The notes under the pieces are model-generated. The model saw only the letters and a program-made list of their open reading frames with translations, was not told the DNA's origin and ran no database searches. Below, piece after piece: positions 18,589 through 28,846 of a stretch of 64,000 nt of DNA. The position numbers were made by a program, and so were the translations under genes. Numbering within the stretch: position 1 is the stretch's first letter; every line of letters begins with the position of its first letter. Origin of the DNA: Deltaproteobacteria bacterium (GTDB lineage Bacteria > Myxococcota_A > Polyangia > JAAYKL01); assembly GCA_016936575.1 (NCBI GenBank), contig JAFGXQ010000082.1, positions 333-64,332 of the forward strand. The letters are read 5' to 3'.

Positions 18589-19578
18589 TCATTCCCACAC
18601 CGGGTTGTTGATATTGCCGTCGATGTACTCAAACAAGCTCGTCGTTTCATTTTGCTCCAGGTGATGAATGCCGGTATTCAGCAACCAGCGCTGTACGCCA
18701 AGATCGGTGAGCATGTCATGCCCTTCCAGCAGGTTGATCATACAGTTCCCCGCTACCGCATGCCCCACCACGAAAATGACTTTTCCGGATTGACCGTACC
18801 GTTCCAGCAACAAATCTCTACTTTGCTTTACGAGGAACAGCCCTTCTTCATATGTCGCGGGTAAATAAAGATTTTCGACCGCACCGCTGCGATACGCCAG
18901 ATTGTCAGCTTCTACAGGGGCGCTCAGATATTCGTTGGGGGATAGTTCGGTCGGCAACGGCGCACCAGTCGGTTCGCCATCGCATCCTTCGGTCAGCTCC
19001 GGCCATATCTCACCCGTAATTCCCGCACTCACCAGAAACGGCGAAATCGTATTCTGCGCGCGCCATGTGGGCGATACCAGAACCGCATCGGGAACGACGC
19101 CCCAATCGACGAGGTATTGCGTCAGGTCCGCAACCTGCGTCTCGCCCAGGGGAGAGAATATATTTGCATCCTCCCAGGTGACATCCTCTTTGATGTTCGC
19201 CATTGTTTCGGCATGCCTGATATAGTATACCGTCAACCCTTGCTGCGGCAGACTGTCCGTGTCAATGTCTGTATCCGAATCGGTATCCGCATCGGTGTCT
19301 GAGTCGGTATCGCTAGCGGTGTCTGAGTCGGTATCTGTATCTGTGTCTGAGTCGGTATCGCTATCGGTGTCCGAGTCGGTATCTGTATCGGTATCGGTGT
19401 CGGCATCCGAGTCTGTATCAGCATCTGAATCCGAGTCACTGTCGGAATCTGTATCCGTGTCGGAATCTGCATCGCCGTCGACGTCAGAATCCGCAACATC
19501 AGAAATGTCTGACGACTGCTCCCCGCATGCAAAACAGAGCAACCCGACACTGAACCAAAATAAAATCGTTCGAAACAT
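18589..19578 (-). CDS. Secreted lipoprotein of the histidine-phosphatase (phosphoglycerate-mutase-like) superfamily with long Asp-Ser/Thr linker
   Basis: Lipobox LLCFACG. About 80 aa of D-[ST] repeats. Catalytic-type YYIRHAET (RH motif) and VVGHAVAG. Confidence 0.75.
   Translation of the reverse strand: MFRTILFWFSVGLLCFACGEQSSDISDVADSDVDGDADSDTDTDSDSDSDSDADTDSDADTDTDTDTDSDTDSDTDSDTDTDTDSDTASDTDSDTDADTDSDTDIDTDSLPQQGLTVYYIRHAETMANIKEDVTWEDANIFSPLGETQVADLTQYLVDWGVVPDAVLVSPTWRAQNTISPFLVSAGITGEIWPELTEGCDGEPTGAPLPTELSPNEYLSAPVEADNLAYRSGAVENLYLPATYEEGLFLVKQSRDLLLERYGQSGKVIFVVGHAVAGNCMINLLEGHDMLTDLGVQRWLLNTGIHHLEQNETTSLFEYIDGNINNPVWE
19258..19506 (-). repeat. Imperfect hexanucleotide coding repeat encoding alternating Asp-Ser/Thr
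   Basis: Runs of gtatc(g/t)gaatc / gtctgagtcggtatc units on the plus strand translate to [17 protein letters not shown]... on the minus strand. Confidence 0.8.
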
Positions 19579-19705
19579 TCAAATTCTCCCCTTGATAGCG
19601 AAATAAAAATGACAAATATCTCAAATAGTGTTTCGGACGGGTGTTGACAGGTGGGTTTAGCAGCAAGAAAAATTACCGAATGAATGTGCTGAAAAAAAAC
19701 TGAAA

Positions 19706-21241
19706 TCAGGTGGGAATATTACCGTTGCGACGCTCGGGTTTGTCTTCGATTTTGTTGAAATGACTTTTCAGGTGCCTGAACAGTTTTACCCGGGTCTCGC
19801 TGGGTTGAATTACCGCATCCACATATCCACGTTCCATTGCCCTAGCCGGATTGAGGAATTTATTCTCATATTCCTCCATTTTTTCGACTGTCGCCTGTTC
19901 CTGGTCTTCCGCCTGGGTAATCTCTTTTCGGAAAAGCACTTCAACCGCGCCGGCAGCGCCCATCACCGCGACTTCTGCGGTGGGCCATGCGAGATTCACA
20001 TCAGCACCCACATGTTTGGAGCTCATGACGATATACGCGCCGCCGTATGCCTTGCGCATGATCACCGCTATCTTGGGTACGGTTGCTTCGCAGTAGGCAT
20101 ACATCAGTTTCGCGCCGTGAGCGATAACACCGTTGTGCTCCTGCCCTGTACCGGGAAGGAACCCAGGAACATCAATCAGTGAAATAATTGGAATATTGAA
20201 CGAGTTGCATGTGCGGATAAAACGAGCCGCTTTTCGCGACGCATTACAGTCCAGCACCCCCGCCATCATCCCGGGTTGATTGGCGATTACACCGACCGAA
20301 TATCCGCCGAGTCTGGCAAAACCGACAACAATATTTTTTGCCCAGTTTTTCTGAATTTCAAAAAATGTCTCTTTATCAAAGATGGACTTCACAATCGTTT
20401 TCACGTTGTAAATCTGCTTGGAATATTCGGGTATCGCGGTATCGAGATCGCTGCAGTCCCGATCGATGGGGTCATCAATCTCTTCAAACGGCGGTTTTTC
20501 CAGATAGCTCTGCGGAAGGTAACTGAGCAGTTCCCGTACACCGGCGATTGCCGCTTCGTCATTCTTGTACACCAGATGTGCGATACCACTGGTTCTGCCG
20601 TGCACGTCCGCGCCGCCGAGAGATTCCGCATCGACCTCTTCAAACGTTACTGTTTTTACGACCTTGGGTCCCGTCAGGAACATGTAGCTCTGCTTGCGCA
20701 CCATCACGATGAAATCGGTCAATGCGGGAGAATACACAGCACCGCCGGCACAGGGCCCCAATACCATTGATATTTGGGGACATACGCCGGAACTGAGCAC
20801 ATTCCGCCTGAAGATTTCGCCGTATCCGCCAAGAGAATCAATGCCCTCCTGAATTCGGGCGCCGCCGGAATCGTTAATGCCGACCAGCGGCGCCTTGGCA
20901 CGCATGGCGAGATCCTGTATGCGTGCAATCTTTTTCGCGTGCGCCTCTCCCAATGATCCGCCCATGACGCTGCGATCCTGAGAATATGCAAATACGACGC
21001 GACCGTTGACCTCCCCTGAGCCCGTAATCACACCGTCCCCGGGAATCCGCTTTTTCTCGAGACCAAAGTCGGTGGAACGGTTCACAACGCCGGAGCCGAT
21101 TTCTTCAAAGGTTCCTTCATCGAACAGCATTTCCAGGCGCCCTCTTGCCAGGCCTTCAAACGGGTTTTTCTTTTCTTGCGGCGTTGCTGCTACGGCCGCC
21201 GCTGCGGACTGATCAACTGCTTTATCTTCGGACATACTCAT
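19706..21241 (-). CDS. Acyl-CoA carboxylase carboxyltransferase subunit (propionyl-CoA carboxylase beta / methylmalonyl-CoA carboxyltransferase-like)
   Basis: 511-aa ORF with full-length similarity to the carboxyltransferase family (GSLGEAHAKKI, INDSGGARIQEG, GPCAGGAVYSPA, RKAYGGAY). Confidence 0.9.
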   Translation of the reverse strand: MSMSEDKAVDQSAAAAVAATPQEKKNPFEGLARGRLEMLFDEGTFEEIGSGVVNRSTDFGLEKKRIPGDGVITGSGEVNGRVVFAYSQDRSVMGGSLGEAHAKKIARIQDLAMRAKAPLVGINDSGGARIQEGIDSLGGYGEIFRRNVLSSGVCPQISMVLGPCAGGAVYSPALTDFIVMVRKQSYMFLTGPKVVKTVTFEEVDAESLGGADVHGRTSGIAHLVYKNDEAAIAGVRELLSYLPQSYLEKPPFEEIDDPIDRDCSDLDTAIPEYSKQIYNVKTIVKSIFDKETFFEIQKNWAKNIVVGFARLGGYSVGVIANQPGMMAGVLDCNASRKAARFIRTCNSFNIPIISLIDVPGFLPGTGQEHNGVIAHGAKLMYAYCEATVPKIAVIMRKAYGGAYIVMSSKHVGADVNLAWPTAEVAVMGAAGAVEVLFRKEITQAEDQEQATVEKMEEYENKFLNPARAMERGYVDAVIQPSETRVKLFRHLKSHFNKIEDKPERRNGNIPT

Positions 21242-21558
21242 TCCTTTTCTTAAAATTCAATCTTCAAAAAACAAGTTAGATTTCGAATTTGTCGTCCTGT
21301 CCTCTAGCAACATTTACACCATTGCGCAAAACAAAATGGCAAAATCCGGCGCAAACAGATTAGGTTAATAAAATTATGTAGTTAAGAAATTTCGATATAT
21401 GAACCAATAATGAATTAAACGCGAAAAACCAGGCTAAAACAATTCGCACCGACACTTTTGGTTCGCACCCGCAGCGCATTTCATAGTCGTTGAAAAAGGA
21501 TTCTCGATGCAAAAAGCGGTTTCTTCCGCGTCGTTGTTCATATAGGTTCATCCCCATC

Positions 21559-22575
21559 ATGAAGATAAAAATCAATGTAATTAAAAGTGTTCTTCTGGCG
21601 TGTTCAGCCACCGTATTTTTCGTGTCATGTGCAACCGCCGCAGAATACGCATTCGTATCTGACGATATTCTTTCGATCACCGCTGTTCGCCCTGCGTTGG
21701 ATGAGGATTTGGCCACATTGGTACCCTCCGGGTTGCAGCAGGCCAGTTGGCTGAACGTGGCGGAAATGCGAACTTCTCCGCTATGGCCCACAGTTGACGC
21801 GTTGATTGAAACCCACATGTCTGATGTGTTGCCGAAATCCATTTATCGGCAGTTATCGAAAAGCACTTCTGAAATACTGGCAGCGAGTGGTCACCGCATT
21901 CCCGATGAGCCGGACGGGTTTATTTTTCTGTTTAAGGGCGATTTCAAAAGCGGCCCCCTGATGGCGCAAATACAGAAACGCCTGAATCTGAAACCGGTGG
22001 ACGGCACGCCGTTCGATACGCTCAAATTAATGAATATATACATATTCGCGCCCACAGAACGAACTATTATTATCGCGACGAAATCACTGGCGACCAGCTG
22101 CTTCGACATCATTGCTGGAAACGCGGCGTCTCTTTGCGATGACAAACTGTTCTCCAAATTTGAAAAGCCCTCTTTCGGCGGTGTGGTTTCGCTGTATGAA
22201 AGGGGCGAAAGCACGTTGCAGCAGAAAAATTTTCAAGGCACACCGATGGCGCAATTCAGGTGGCTGAAAGACGTCGAACGATTTCACGGTACGTTGAAAT
22301 TAACTCAGTCACTGGCTCTGGAAGGCAACGCGACACTCGATGAACCTGAACAGGCAGAGCGTGTCAAACGCGATATTGAAGGTCAAATTCGAGCAATCAC
22401 ATCGAATGCGTTGATCGCACTGCTGGGGGTGAAACCTCTTATTCAGAAGCTGAAACTGACAACCGAACATACGCAAGTTTCGATCCAGTGGGAACTGAGC
22501 AACGCCGATGTAAAAAAAATTGTAAAAATGATTGAACCATTGATGCAGATTCGTGAAATGCTGAACGCAGATTGA
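21559..22575 (+). CDS. Hypothetical lipoprotein
   Basis: Start moved to MKIKINVIKSVLLACSATVFFVSC (lipobox). Ends 9 nt before cmk. Confidence 0.6.
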   Translation: MKIKINVIKSVLLACSATVFFVSCATAAEYAFVSDDILSITAVRPALDEDLATLVPSGLQQASWLNVAEMRTSPLWPTVDALIETHMSDVLPKSIYRQLSKSTSEILAASGHRIPDEPDGFIFLFKGDFKSGPLMAQIQKRLNLKPVDGTPFDTLKLMNIYIFAPTERTIIIATKSLATSCFDIIAGNAASLCDDKLFSKFEKPSFGGVVSLYERGESTLQQKNFQGTPMAQFRWLKDVERFHGTLKLTQSLALEGNATLDEPEQAERVKRDIEGQIRAITSNALIALLGVKPLIQKLKLTTEHTQVSIQWELSNADVKKIVKMIEPLMQIREMLNAD

Positions 22576-22584
22576 GGAGAAAAT

Positions 22585-23247
22585 ATGCGAAGGAACCCTG
22601 TTGTGGCTATTGACGGCCCGTCCGGTGTGGGAAAAAGCACAGTTGCCAAAGGTGTTGCGGCACAACTGCAATTTCAGTTTGTTGATACCGGTGCGCTTTA
22701 TCGGGCAGTTGCGTTGGCGGCATATAAAAACGGAATCAACTGGGAAGACGGGAACGCCGTGGCCCGAGAAGCTGAAACGCATTCCTTTTGTTTTGACAGC
22801 AGTGGGAATCTGGCAATGGATGATGTTTTCGTGGGAGACAGCATTCGTACGCCCCATATGAGTGAGGGCGCATCGACTGTCGCGAAACACCCCGAGGTGC
22901 GTGCCGCCCTGCTTGATATTCAGCGGCAGTTGGGGAAGGACGGCGGCGTGGTACTCGAAGGACGAGACATCGGCACGGTTGTGTTTCCCGATGCCGAAAA
23001 AAAATTTTTTCTTACCGCATCGATCAGAGAACGGGCCCGGCGACGGCATCTCCAGCTTTTGGAAAAAGGAGAAAACGTAACCATCGAAGAAATTGAAAAA
23101 GCGCAAGTAGTTCGCGATGAACGTGATTCCAATCGTGCTGTTTCTCCCCTGAAAAAAGCCGATGACGCGCTGGAGGTGGATTGCGAAACCAAATCTGCTG
23201 ACGAAGTGATTCAGCTCATCACCTATTCAGTTGTCTCTTCGCATTGA
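22585..23247 (+). CDS. cmk: Cytidylate kinase
   Basis: VAIDGPSGVGKSTVAK P-loop. Classical cmk-rpsA synteny. Confidence 0.9.
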   Translation: MRRNPVVAIDGPSGVGKSTVAKGVAAQLQFQFVDTGALYRAVALAAYKNGINWEDGNAVAREAETHSFCFDSSGNLAMDDVFVGDSIRTPHMSEGASTVAKHPEVRAALLDIQRQLGKDGGVVLEGRDIGTVVFPDAEKKFFLTASIRERARRRHLQLLEKGENVTIEEIEKAQVVRDERDSNRAVSPLKKADDALEVDCETKSADEVIQLITYSVVSSH

Positions 23248-23267
23248 AAAATTTCCGCCATTTTTCT

Positions 23268-23294
23268 TTGACTTCTATAGCAAAAAAATATAAA
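23268..23294 (+). promoter_or_regulatory. Sigma70-like promoter candidate upstream of rpsA
   Basis: TTGACT followed by TATAAA. The spacer is only 15 nt (suboptimal). Confidence 0.3.
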
Positions 23295-23420
23295 GGTGCC
23301 TGCGTCGCAGTCGAAGGTTTTATCATTTTTATTTAGTAGACATCAACCTTTAACCCCGGTAGAGCCGACGGCAGACAGATGAGAGGAGTGTGGCCGAGAG
23401 GCCAAACAAACAAAAAAAGA

Positions 23421-25175
23421 ATGAACGATACGAAAACCGCAATATTAACAAACGATTTTGAAAGTCTGCTCGAGACCTCATTTGAGCAGGAGTCCGCACT
23501 CGAAGAAGGAAACATCATCAAAGGCACGGTAGTGAAAGTCAGCAAAGACTTCGTTATCGTGGATATCGGCTACAAATCTGAAGGTGAAATTCCCATTGGT
23601 CAGTTTACTGCCCCCGACGGCAAGGTGAATGTAGACATCGGACAGAAAGTGGATGTTTACCTGAATGAACTCGAAAACGAGCACGGCCTGGTTGAGCTTT
23701 CTAAAGAGAAAGCCGACAAAATGCGTGTTTGGGATGACATTTCCGACGCATGCGATCAGGAATCAATCATCGAAGGTACGATCAGTCAGCGTGTAAAAGG
23801 CGGTCTGTCGGTAACGATTGCCGGCGGCGTGAAAGCGTTCCTACCCGGTTCGCAAGTGGATTTACGCCCCATCCGCAACCTTGAAAAACTGATTGGTGAA
23901 ACCCACCGCTTCAAAATCATTAAGTTCAATAAAAAACGCGGTAACATCGTTCTCTCCAGAAGAGCACTTCTCGAGCAGGAACGCAACGAAATGAAATCGC
24001 AGACGCTGGAAAACCTCCAGGAAGGCGCCACCATCGAGGGTATCGTCAAGAATATTACCGAGTACGGTGCGTTCGTTGACCTGGGTGGCATCGACGGTCT
24101 GCTTCACATCACTGATATGAGTTGGGGACGCATTGGTCATCCTTCTGAAATTCTCAAAGTGGGTGATAAAATCGACGTCCGCGTACTCAAATACAACGAA
24201 GATAACGAGAGAGTATCTCTCGGCCTGAAACAGACACAGCCCGACCCATGGGAAGATGCGGTATCTCGTTACCCCATCGGCCTGAAAGTAAATGGCAAAG
24301 TAGTGTCGGTTACAGATTACGGCGCTTTCGTTGAGTTGGAGCAAGGGATTGAAGGTTTGATTCACGTTTCAGAGATGAGTTGGACCAAACGCGTAAAACA
24401 CCCCTCCAAGGTTCTCGAAGTGGGCGACGAAGTGGAATGCGTCATTCTCGATGTAGATACCACCGCACAGCGCATTTCTCTCGGTCTCAAACAGCTTGAG
24501 CCCCATCCGTGGGAGCGCTTCATCGAGCAGTATACTCCCGGTAATACCATTAAAGGTAAAATCCGTTCCATCACTGACTACGGTGTTTTCATCGGTATCG
24601 ACGATAACATCGACGGCATGGTTCACAAGAGCGACCTTTCCTGGACACAGCGCATTAATCATCCCTCTGAGCTTTTCCGAAAAGGCGAGGAAGTGGAAGC
24701 CGTTATTCTCAATATCGATCACGAGGAAGAGAAAGTTTCGCTGGGAATCAAACAGCTGTACGAAGATCCGTGGGAAAGAATCCCCATGGATTACCCCCTC
24801 GGTCAGGTTCGCGAAGTGAAAGTGATCAAAATCACGGACTTCGGCGCATTCGTAGAGTTGGAGCCTGGTATTGAAGGTCTTATTCACGTTTCTGAGCTCA
24901 GCAATGAGCGTATTGATGACCCCAAAAGCATCATTCAGGAAGGCGAGAGCATTAAAGCCGAAATTATTACGCTCGACCCGCAGGAACGCAAAATCGGCCT
25001 TTCCATCAAGTCTTTGACTGGCAACGAAGAAGAAGGCGATATGACTGAGTACGCCAAGAAAATGGCGAAGAAACCCACCGAAAAAGCGACTCTGGGTGAC
25101 TTGCTCAGCAGCCAAATCGGCCAGATGGCAGAAAAGGCCGACGACGCGTCTGAAAAGAAAGAAGACGCCGAGTAG
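23421..25175 (+). CDS. rpsA: 30S ribosomal protein S1
   Basis: Six S1 repeats (G.V...T.YGAFV.L..G..GL.H.S). Start moved to ATG at 23421. Confidence 0.95.
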   Translation: MNDTKTAILTNDFESLLETSFEQESALEEGNIIKGTVVKVSKDFVIVDIGYKSEGEIPIGQFTAPDGKVNVDIGQKVDVYLNELENEHGLVELSKEKADKMRVWDDISDACDQESIIEGTISQRVKGGLSVTIAGGVKAFLPGSQVDLRPIRNLEKLIGETHRFKIIKFNKKRGNIVLSRRALLEQERNEMKSQTLENLQEGATIEGIVKNITEYGAFVDLGGIDGLLHITDMSWGRIGHPSEILKVGDKIDVRVLKYNEDNERVSLGLKQTQPDPWEDAVSRYPIGLKVNGKVVSVTDYGAFVELEQGIEGLIHVSEMSWTKRVKHPSKVLEVGDEVECVILDVDTTAQRISLGLKQLEPHPWERFIEQYTPGNTIKGKIRSITDYGVFIGIDDNIDGMVHKSDLSWTQRINHPSELFRKGEEVEAVILNIDHEEEKVSLGIKQLYEDPWERIPMDYPLGQVREVKVIKITDFGAFVELEPGIEGLIHVSELSNERIDDPKSIIQEGESIKAEIITLDPQERKIGLSIKSLTGNEEEGDMTEYAKKMAKKPTEKATLGDLLSSQIGQMAEKADDASEKKEDAE

Positions 25176-25254
25176 TTCTTCAAGGGTTCCGTAACCAAAT
25201 CTTCGCCGGATACCTCTACCTTTCAAATTCTGTACATAATTCCCAAATCCTTTC

Positions 25255-25283
25255 TTGACCTAATCTGCGGCTGTGTTTATTTA
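25255..25283 (+). promoter_or_regulatory. Sigma70-like promoter ending 5 nt before the ATG of the next gene (possible leaderless mRNA)
   Basis: TTGACC, 17-nt spacer, TATTTA. ATG at 25289. Confidence 0.4.
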
Positions 25284-25288
25284 GCGTC

Positions 25289-25930
25289 ATGCAGTCGCGC
25301 TTGGAACAGATTCTTGAGATGCTTCAGCAAGACGCCGCGGAGACCGGTCTGGCGGACTTTCGTCTGGCCAGAGAGGAATTCCACCGGCTGACCGGCGAAT
25401 TCGAAGAAGGTGAACCGTGGTTTGAAACGAGGATGACCATGTTTATGGATTGGTATCTCCTTGATCGAAAAGGCCCGGATGACCTCACACCCAATGAACG
25501 ATTTTTAAATAAACGCGGCGCCGAACTTTCTCCAACCGACAAGAAACAGTTTGAGCTACTTAATGTAACCCTCCGCTCCATTTTTCAGATTGAAAAAAAA
25601 AATGGGAGCGACTTGCTGGTGGAAGATCTGCTTTCCGGCGGACAGTGGAAAGCCCGATGGACACTGCCGTCGGTTGGGTTGGCGCTGGATGACATTTTTA
25701 ATTCTCGATTGTTCATGATAGATGGGAAACTTGAAATCGGTCGTTCCGCCGTATTGCATCCCGTAGATGCGCACGATGCCATTTTTGACATTGTGGACAG
25801 AGCCCAAAAAGAAAACATGCCCGCGCGTCAAATGGTATATTATCTCGACAAGGTAAAACTGAAATTGGACAGGTACTCAAATGTCAAAATCAGACACGTT
25901 TACAAATATCCGACAGATGTGGTCTTTTAA
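25289..25930 (+). CDS. Hypothetical protein
   Basis: 213-aa ORF with protein-like composition. No motif recognised. Confidence 0.6.
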   Translation: MQSRLEQILEMLQQDAAETGLADFRLAREEFHRLTGEFEEGEPWFETRMTMFMDWYLLDRKGPDDLTPNERFLNKRGAELSPTDKKQFELLNVTLRSIFQIEKKNGSDLLVEDLLSGGQWKARWTLPSVGLALDDIFNSRLFMIDGKLEIGRSAVLHPVDAHDAIFDIVDRAQKENMPARQMVYYLDKVKLKLDRYSNVKIRHVYKYPTDVVF

Positions 25931-27014
25931 ATACCTTCTGTTTCTCCCCGTCGGACTGTTCATATTCGTCGCCTTGTTCGTCCGAGCAGAGGATATGCCT
26001 TCGAGTGCGGTTTCCCCCGGTAACGTCACGGTATTTCGTTCTCCCCCTGCCCAGCGGGGAGTTGCGCTTGGGCTGTTCCGGCAGGAGCCGAACTGGAACT
26101 ACAAAGATTTTGTCACCGAAATCCAACATACCGGGGCGAATTATATGGCCATTGTGGTTTCAAACTATATGAAAACCAACCTATCCAATGAAATATATGA
26201 TTTGCAGGGGTATACCGCGCCGTTGCACACCGTGGAAAAAACCATCCGCCAGGCACAGAAACAGAACATGAATGTGTTTTTATTTCCGATTTTACGTGTG
26301 GAGGATAAATCCAACGGCGGCTGGCGCGGCACATTGGCTCCCACCGATGAAGATGCCTTCTTTGAAAATTATACCCGGTACATCGTTCGGTATGCCAAGC
26401 TGGCGCAGAAGCTCCAGGTTCCGCTAATGAGTGTGGGTTCAGAGTTGAGCACCATGGATATTCACACGGAGCGGTGGCATAAAATTATCGAAGAAGTGCG
26501 CAAGGTCTACCACGGCAAGCTCACCTATTCCGCCAACTGGGACCATTATCCGAAGGTGGCATTTTTCGATCGGCTGGATTACGCCGGGGTAACCGGATAT
26601 TTTCAGTTGGAAGACACTCGGGCGCCCGTTGATGTGAATCCGCCGATAGAAAAGTTGGTTCACAGCTGGCGTGAAATCTACTTCAAGTTGATGAGATGGC
26701 AGAACGAGTTGAATAAACCCCTGATTTTCACAGAAGTCGGTTACCTCAGCCAGCAGGGCGCGGCGTCCAGACCTTGGGCGGAAGGTGCCGACGAAAAAGT
26801 TGATTTGGAGATTCAACGACGCTGCTACGAAGCCTTCATTCGAGTATGGGACAACGAAGACCGCCTCGCGGGCGTGTACTTCTGGAACTGGTTTGATTGG
26901 GAAGGCGAAAATGACCGGGAATATACCCCCCGTGAAAAGCCAGCCGCAGATGAAATGCGAAAATGGTTTTCCGCGTCGGAAGCATCGCCCACACAAGCCG
27001 CGCCCTCTCAATGA
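25917..27014 (+). CDS. Membrane-anchored or secreted TIM-barrel glycoside-hydrolase-like protein (clan GH-A-like)
   Basis: N-terminal hydrophobic segment. Candidate catalytic Glu contexts SVGSELS and FTEVGY. Family assignment is weak. Confidence 0.55.
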   Translation: MWSFKYLLFLPVGLFIFVALFVRAEDMPSSAVSPGNVTVFRSPPAQRGVALGLFRQEPNWNYKDFVTEIQHTGANYMAIVVSNYMKTNLSNEIYDLQGYTAPLHTVEKTIRQAQKQNMNVFLFPILRVEDKSNGGWRGTLAPTDEDAFFENYTRYIVRYAKLAQKLQVPLMSVGSELSTMDIHTERWHKIIEEVRKVYHGKLTYSANWDHYPKVAFFDRLDYAGVTGYFQLEDTRAPVDVNPPIEKLVHSWREIYFKLMRWQNELNKPLIFTEVGYLSQQGAASRPWAEGADEKVDLEIQRRCYEAFIRVWDNEDRLAGVYFWNWFDWEGENDREYTPREKPAADEMRKWFSASEASPTQAAPSQ

Positions 27015-27925
27015 CCCCCCCGAATCGATTTATATCGTTGCTCCGGCAGGCTGCGCGCACGCGCCGTCCATTGCTGCTTGACGGTGCTATCGGAACCATG
27101 CTCGATAGCGAAGGGCTGGTCACCGAGGATGCGCCATGGTCCGGGCTGGTTCCGTTGCAGCACAGCGATGAACTGACCAGACTTCATCGTCGGTATATTC
27201 AGGCGGGCGCCCAGGTGATCACCACGTGCACGTTTCGCACATCGTTATTCATGTTCGAAAAATACAGTCTGCCCCAAGGTCTGTGGCTGGAGTCAGCTGT
27301 CGCAGCGGTTCAAGCAGCCAAACAGGCCATCACGTCGCAGCAGGTTGCGGTCGCCGGCAGCGTCGGTCCCCTGGAGGATTGTTTCTCGCCGCAAAGTTCG
27401 CTCGATGCCCAGGATGCATATCAATTTCATCTGCCGCTACTTCGACTGTTGGCGGAAGAAGGTGTCGATGTGCTGTGGCTGGAAACATTCGGCCACTCTC
27501 TCGAAATCGAAGGTGCGCTTCGAGCCGCAGAGCAGGTAGCCGCCGAAACGGAGATTCCGTTCGCGTGCAGCGTCACGACACGGAGGAACGGTTGCCTGCT
27601 GGATGGAACAGCCTTGGAGCAGACGCTGGAACGCGCCGTCTCTGTCGGGTGCAGCGCTTTTCTGGTAAATTGTATTCCGCCGAATCATGTCTCCGCCGCA
27701 TTGAGCCGGCTGCAACACGCCGGTATTCCCATCGGTGTGTATGCGAACCTGGGTGTACCGGAGCCGACTCAGGATTGGGAGGGCGACGCCTTCCTCCCTT
27801 CTCGAAGTTACGCGGAGACGGTAGAGCAATGGTTTTCGCAAAATATTGAGTTGATCGGTGCCTGCTGCGGTTCAACCCCCGGCCACATTGCCGCGTTGGC
27901 GGAAATGATTCGTAGAACCAGCTAG
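27011..27925 (+). CDS. Homocysteine S-methyltransferase
   Basis: LLLDGAIGTML N-terminus. Zn-binding Cys context GACCGSTPGHI. ATGA overlap with the upstream gene. Confidence 0.8.
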   Translation: MTPPNRFISLLRQAARTRRPLLLDGAIGTMLDSEGLVTEDAPWSGLVPLQHSDELTRLHRRYIQAGAQVITTCTFRTSLFMFEKYSLPQGLWLESAVAAVQAAKQAITSQQVAVAGSVGPLEDCFSPQSSLDAQDAYQFHLPLLRLLAEEGVDVLWLETFGHSLEIEGALRAAEQVAAETEIPFACSVTTRRNGCLLDGTALEQTLERAVSVGCSAFLVNCIPPNHVSAALSRLQHAGIPIGVYANLGVPEPTQDWEGDAFLPSRSYAETVEQWFSQNIELIGACCGSTPGHIAALAEMIRRTS

Positions 27926-27990
27926 ACGATATATTGAAAATTCTGTACTCTGCCGAGAACGTATTTAAATGGAGAAAGGACTCTGTCACC

Positions 27991-28698
27991 ATGAAACAAT
28001 TGATGTTTGTCGTAATCAGCGCTGCGATAATGACCGTTTTCGCGGCTTGTTCCCCTACCCCGGTGGCCATTAAATTTGATAAAGATGTTTACGTACTGGA
28101 AGGTGCTGACGCAAAGGGAAAAATCGTTGCCTTCGCTGTTGATGCCGACGGAAACCCCATTAAAGAAGGTGTTGACCTCACTTATTTCTGCGCAGACCGC
28201 GATGTTGTGAAAGTGAGTGCGGACGGTTCAATCGAAGCGGTTTCCTCTGGCGAAGAAACCGTTGAAGTTGAAGTGGTGGGTGTAGATATTAAGGCTGAAA
28301 TCGATATTCGAGTCAAAATTCCGAGTGGAATCGAAGTGACCCATGAAAAACTCAGTCTGTGGGTTGGCCAGGTGAAAAAAAATGTGGCCGCATGGGTGGT
28401 CAGCGAAAAGGAAGCCTATATTGAAGGGTACACAACCGAATGGACCTCGAATGATCCGTCCATTGTCTCAGTCAAAGGCATCCCGGACCCCGTTAAGGGC
28501 AAAATGCAGCGCAGCTATGTTGAAATGAAAGGATTGAAATCGGGCGATACAACCATTACAGCTAGTTTTGGTGACCTTTCGAAAGATATTACCGTTCGTG
28601 TCTATCGCGAAGATGAAGAACTCGATCTTTCGGGACGACGAAAACAGCCCGCTGATGGCGAAGAAAAAGAAGAAGAAGAAGAAGAAGAAGAAGAATAG
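27991..28698 (+). CDS. Lipoprotein with bacterial Ig-like (Big_2-like) domains and poly-Glu tail
   Basis: Lipobox VFAACS. The ...G.T.ITASFGD... motif is typical of Big_2. C-terminus is EEKEEEEEEEEE. Confidence 0.7.
   Translation: MKQLMFVVISAAIMTVFAACSPTPVAIKFDKDVYVLEGADAKGKIVAFAVDADGNPIKEGVDLTYFCADRDVVKVSADGSIEAVSSGEETVEVEVVGVDIKAEIDIRVKIPSGIEVTHEKLSLWVGQVKKNVAAWVVSEKEAYIEGYTTEWTSNDPSIVSVKGIPDPVKGKMQRSYVEMKGLKSGDTTITASFGDLSKDITVRVYREDEELDLSGRRKQPADGEEKEEEEEEEEE
28669..28695 (+). repeat. (GAA)9 trinucleotide run at the 3' end of the lipoprotein gene
   Basis: Nine consecutive GAA codons immediately before the TAG stop. Confidence 0.9.
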
Positions 28699-28846
28699 TC
28701 GGCGTTTTCTTTTTCGATAGCCAGATGATTCCCAATTCTGTGCTCTCCGGGGTTTTCTTTTCAACCGGCATCAAATAAAATATCTGTTTGCTAAAAGAAG
28801 TACTACTATATACTCATTACCGAGAAGCACAGTTGATGAGGTTAGG

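Noticed and set aside
19258-19506. Periodic short repeats that could suggest a CRISPR or other array
   Set aside because: The period is 6 nt with no spacers. The tract lies in frame inside a coding sequence and translates to a D-[ST] linker.
22309-23106. 265-aa minus-strand ORF spanning the end of the lipoprotein gene and cmk
   Set aside because: It is antisense to cmk, which has a clear P-loop and cmk-rpsA synteny. It also crosses an intergenic junction.
24369-25226. 285-aa minus-strand ORF (and several shorter ones) inside rpsA
   Set aside because: It is antisense to an unmistakable six-repeat S1 protein, and there is no RBS.
27226-27849. 207-aa Arg-rich alternative-frame ORF within the homocysteine methyltransferase gene
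   Set aside because: It is on the same strand but off-frame. The Arg/Ser/Gly-rich composition is typical of frame artefacts in GC-richer genes, and the annotated frame has the family motifs.
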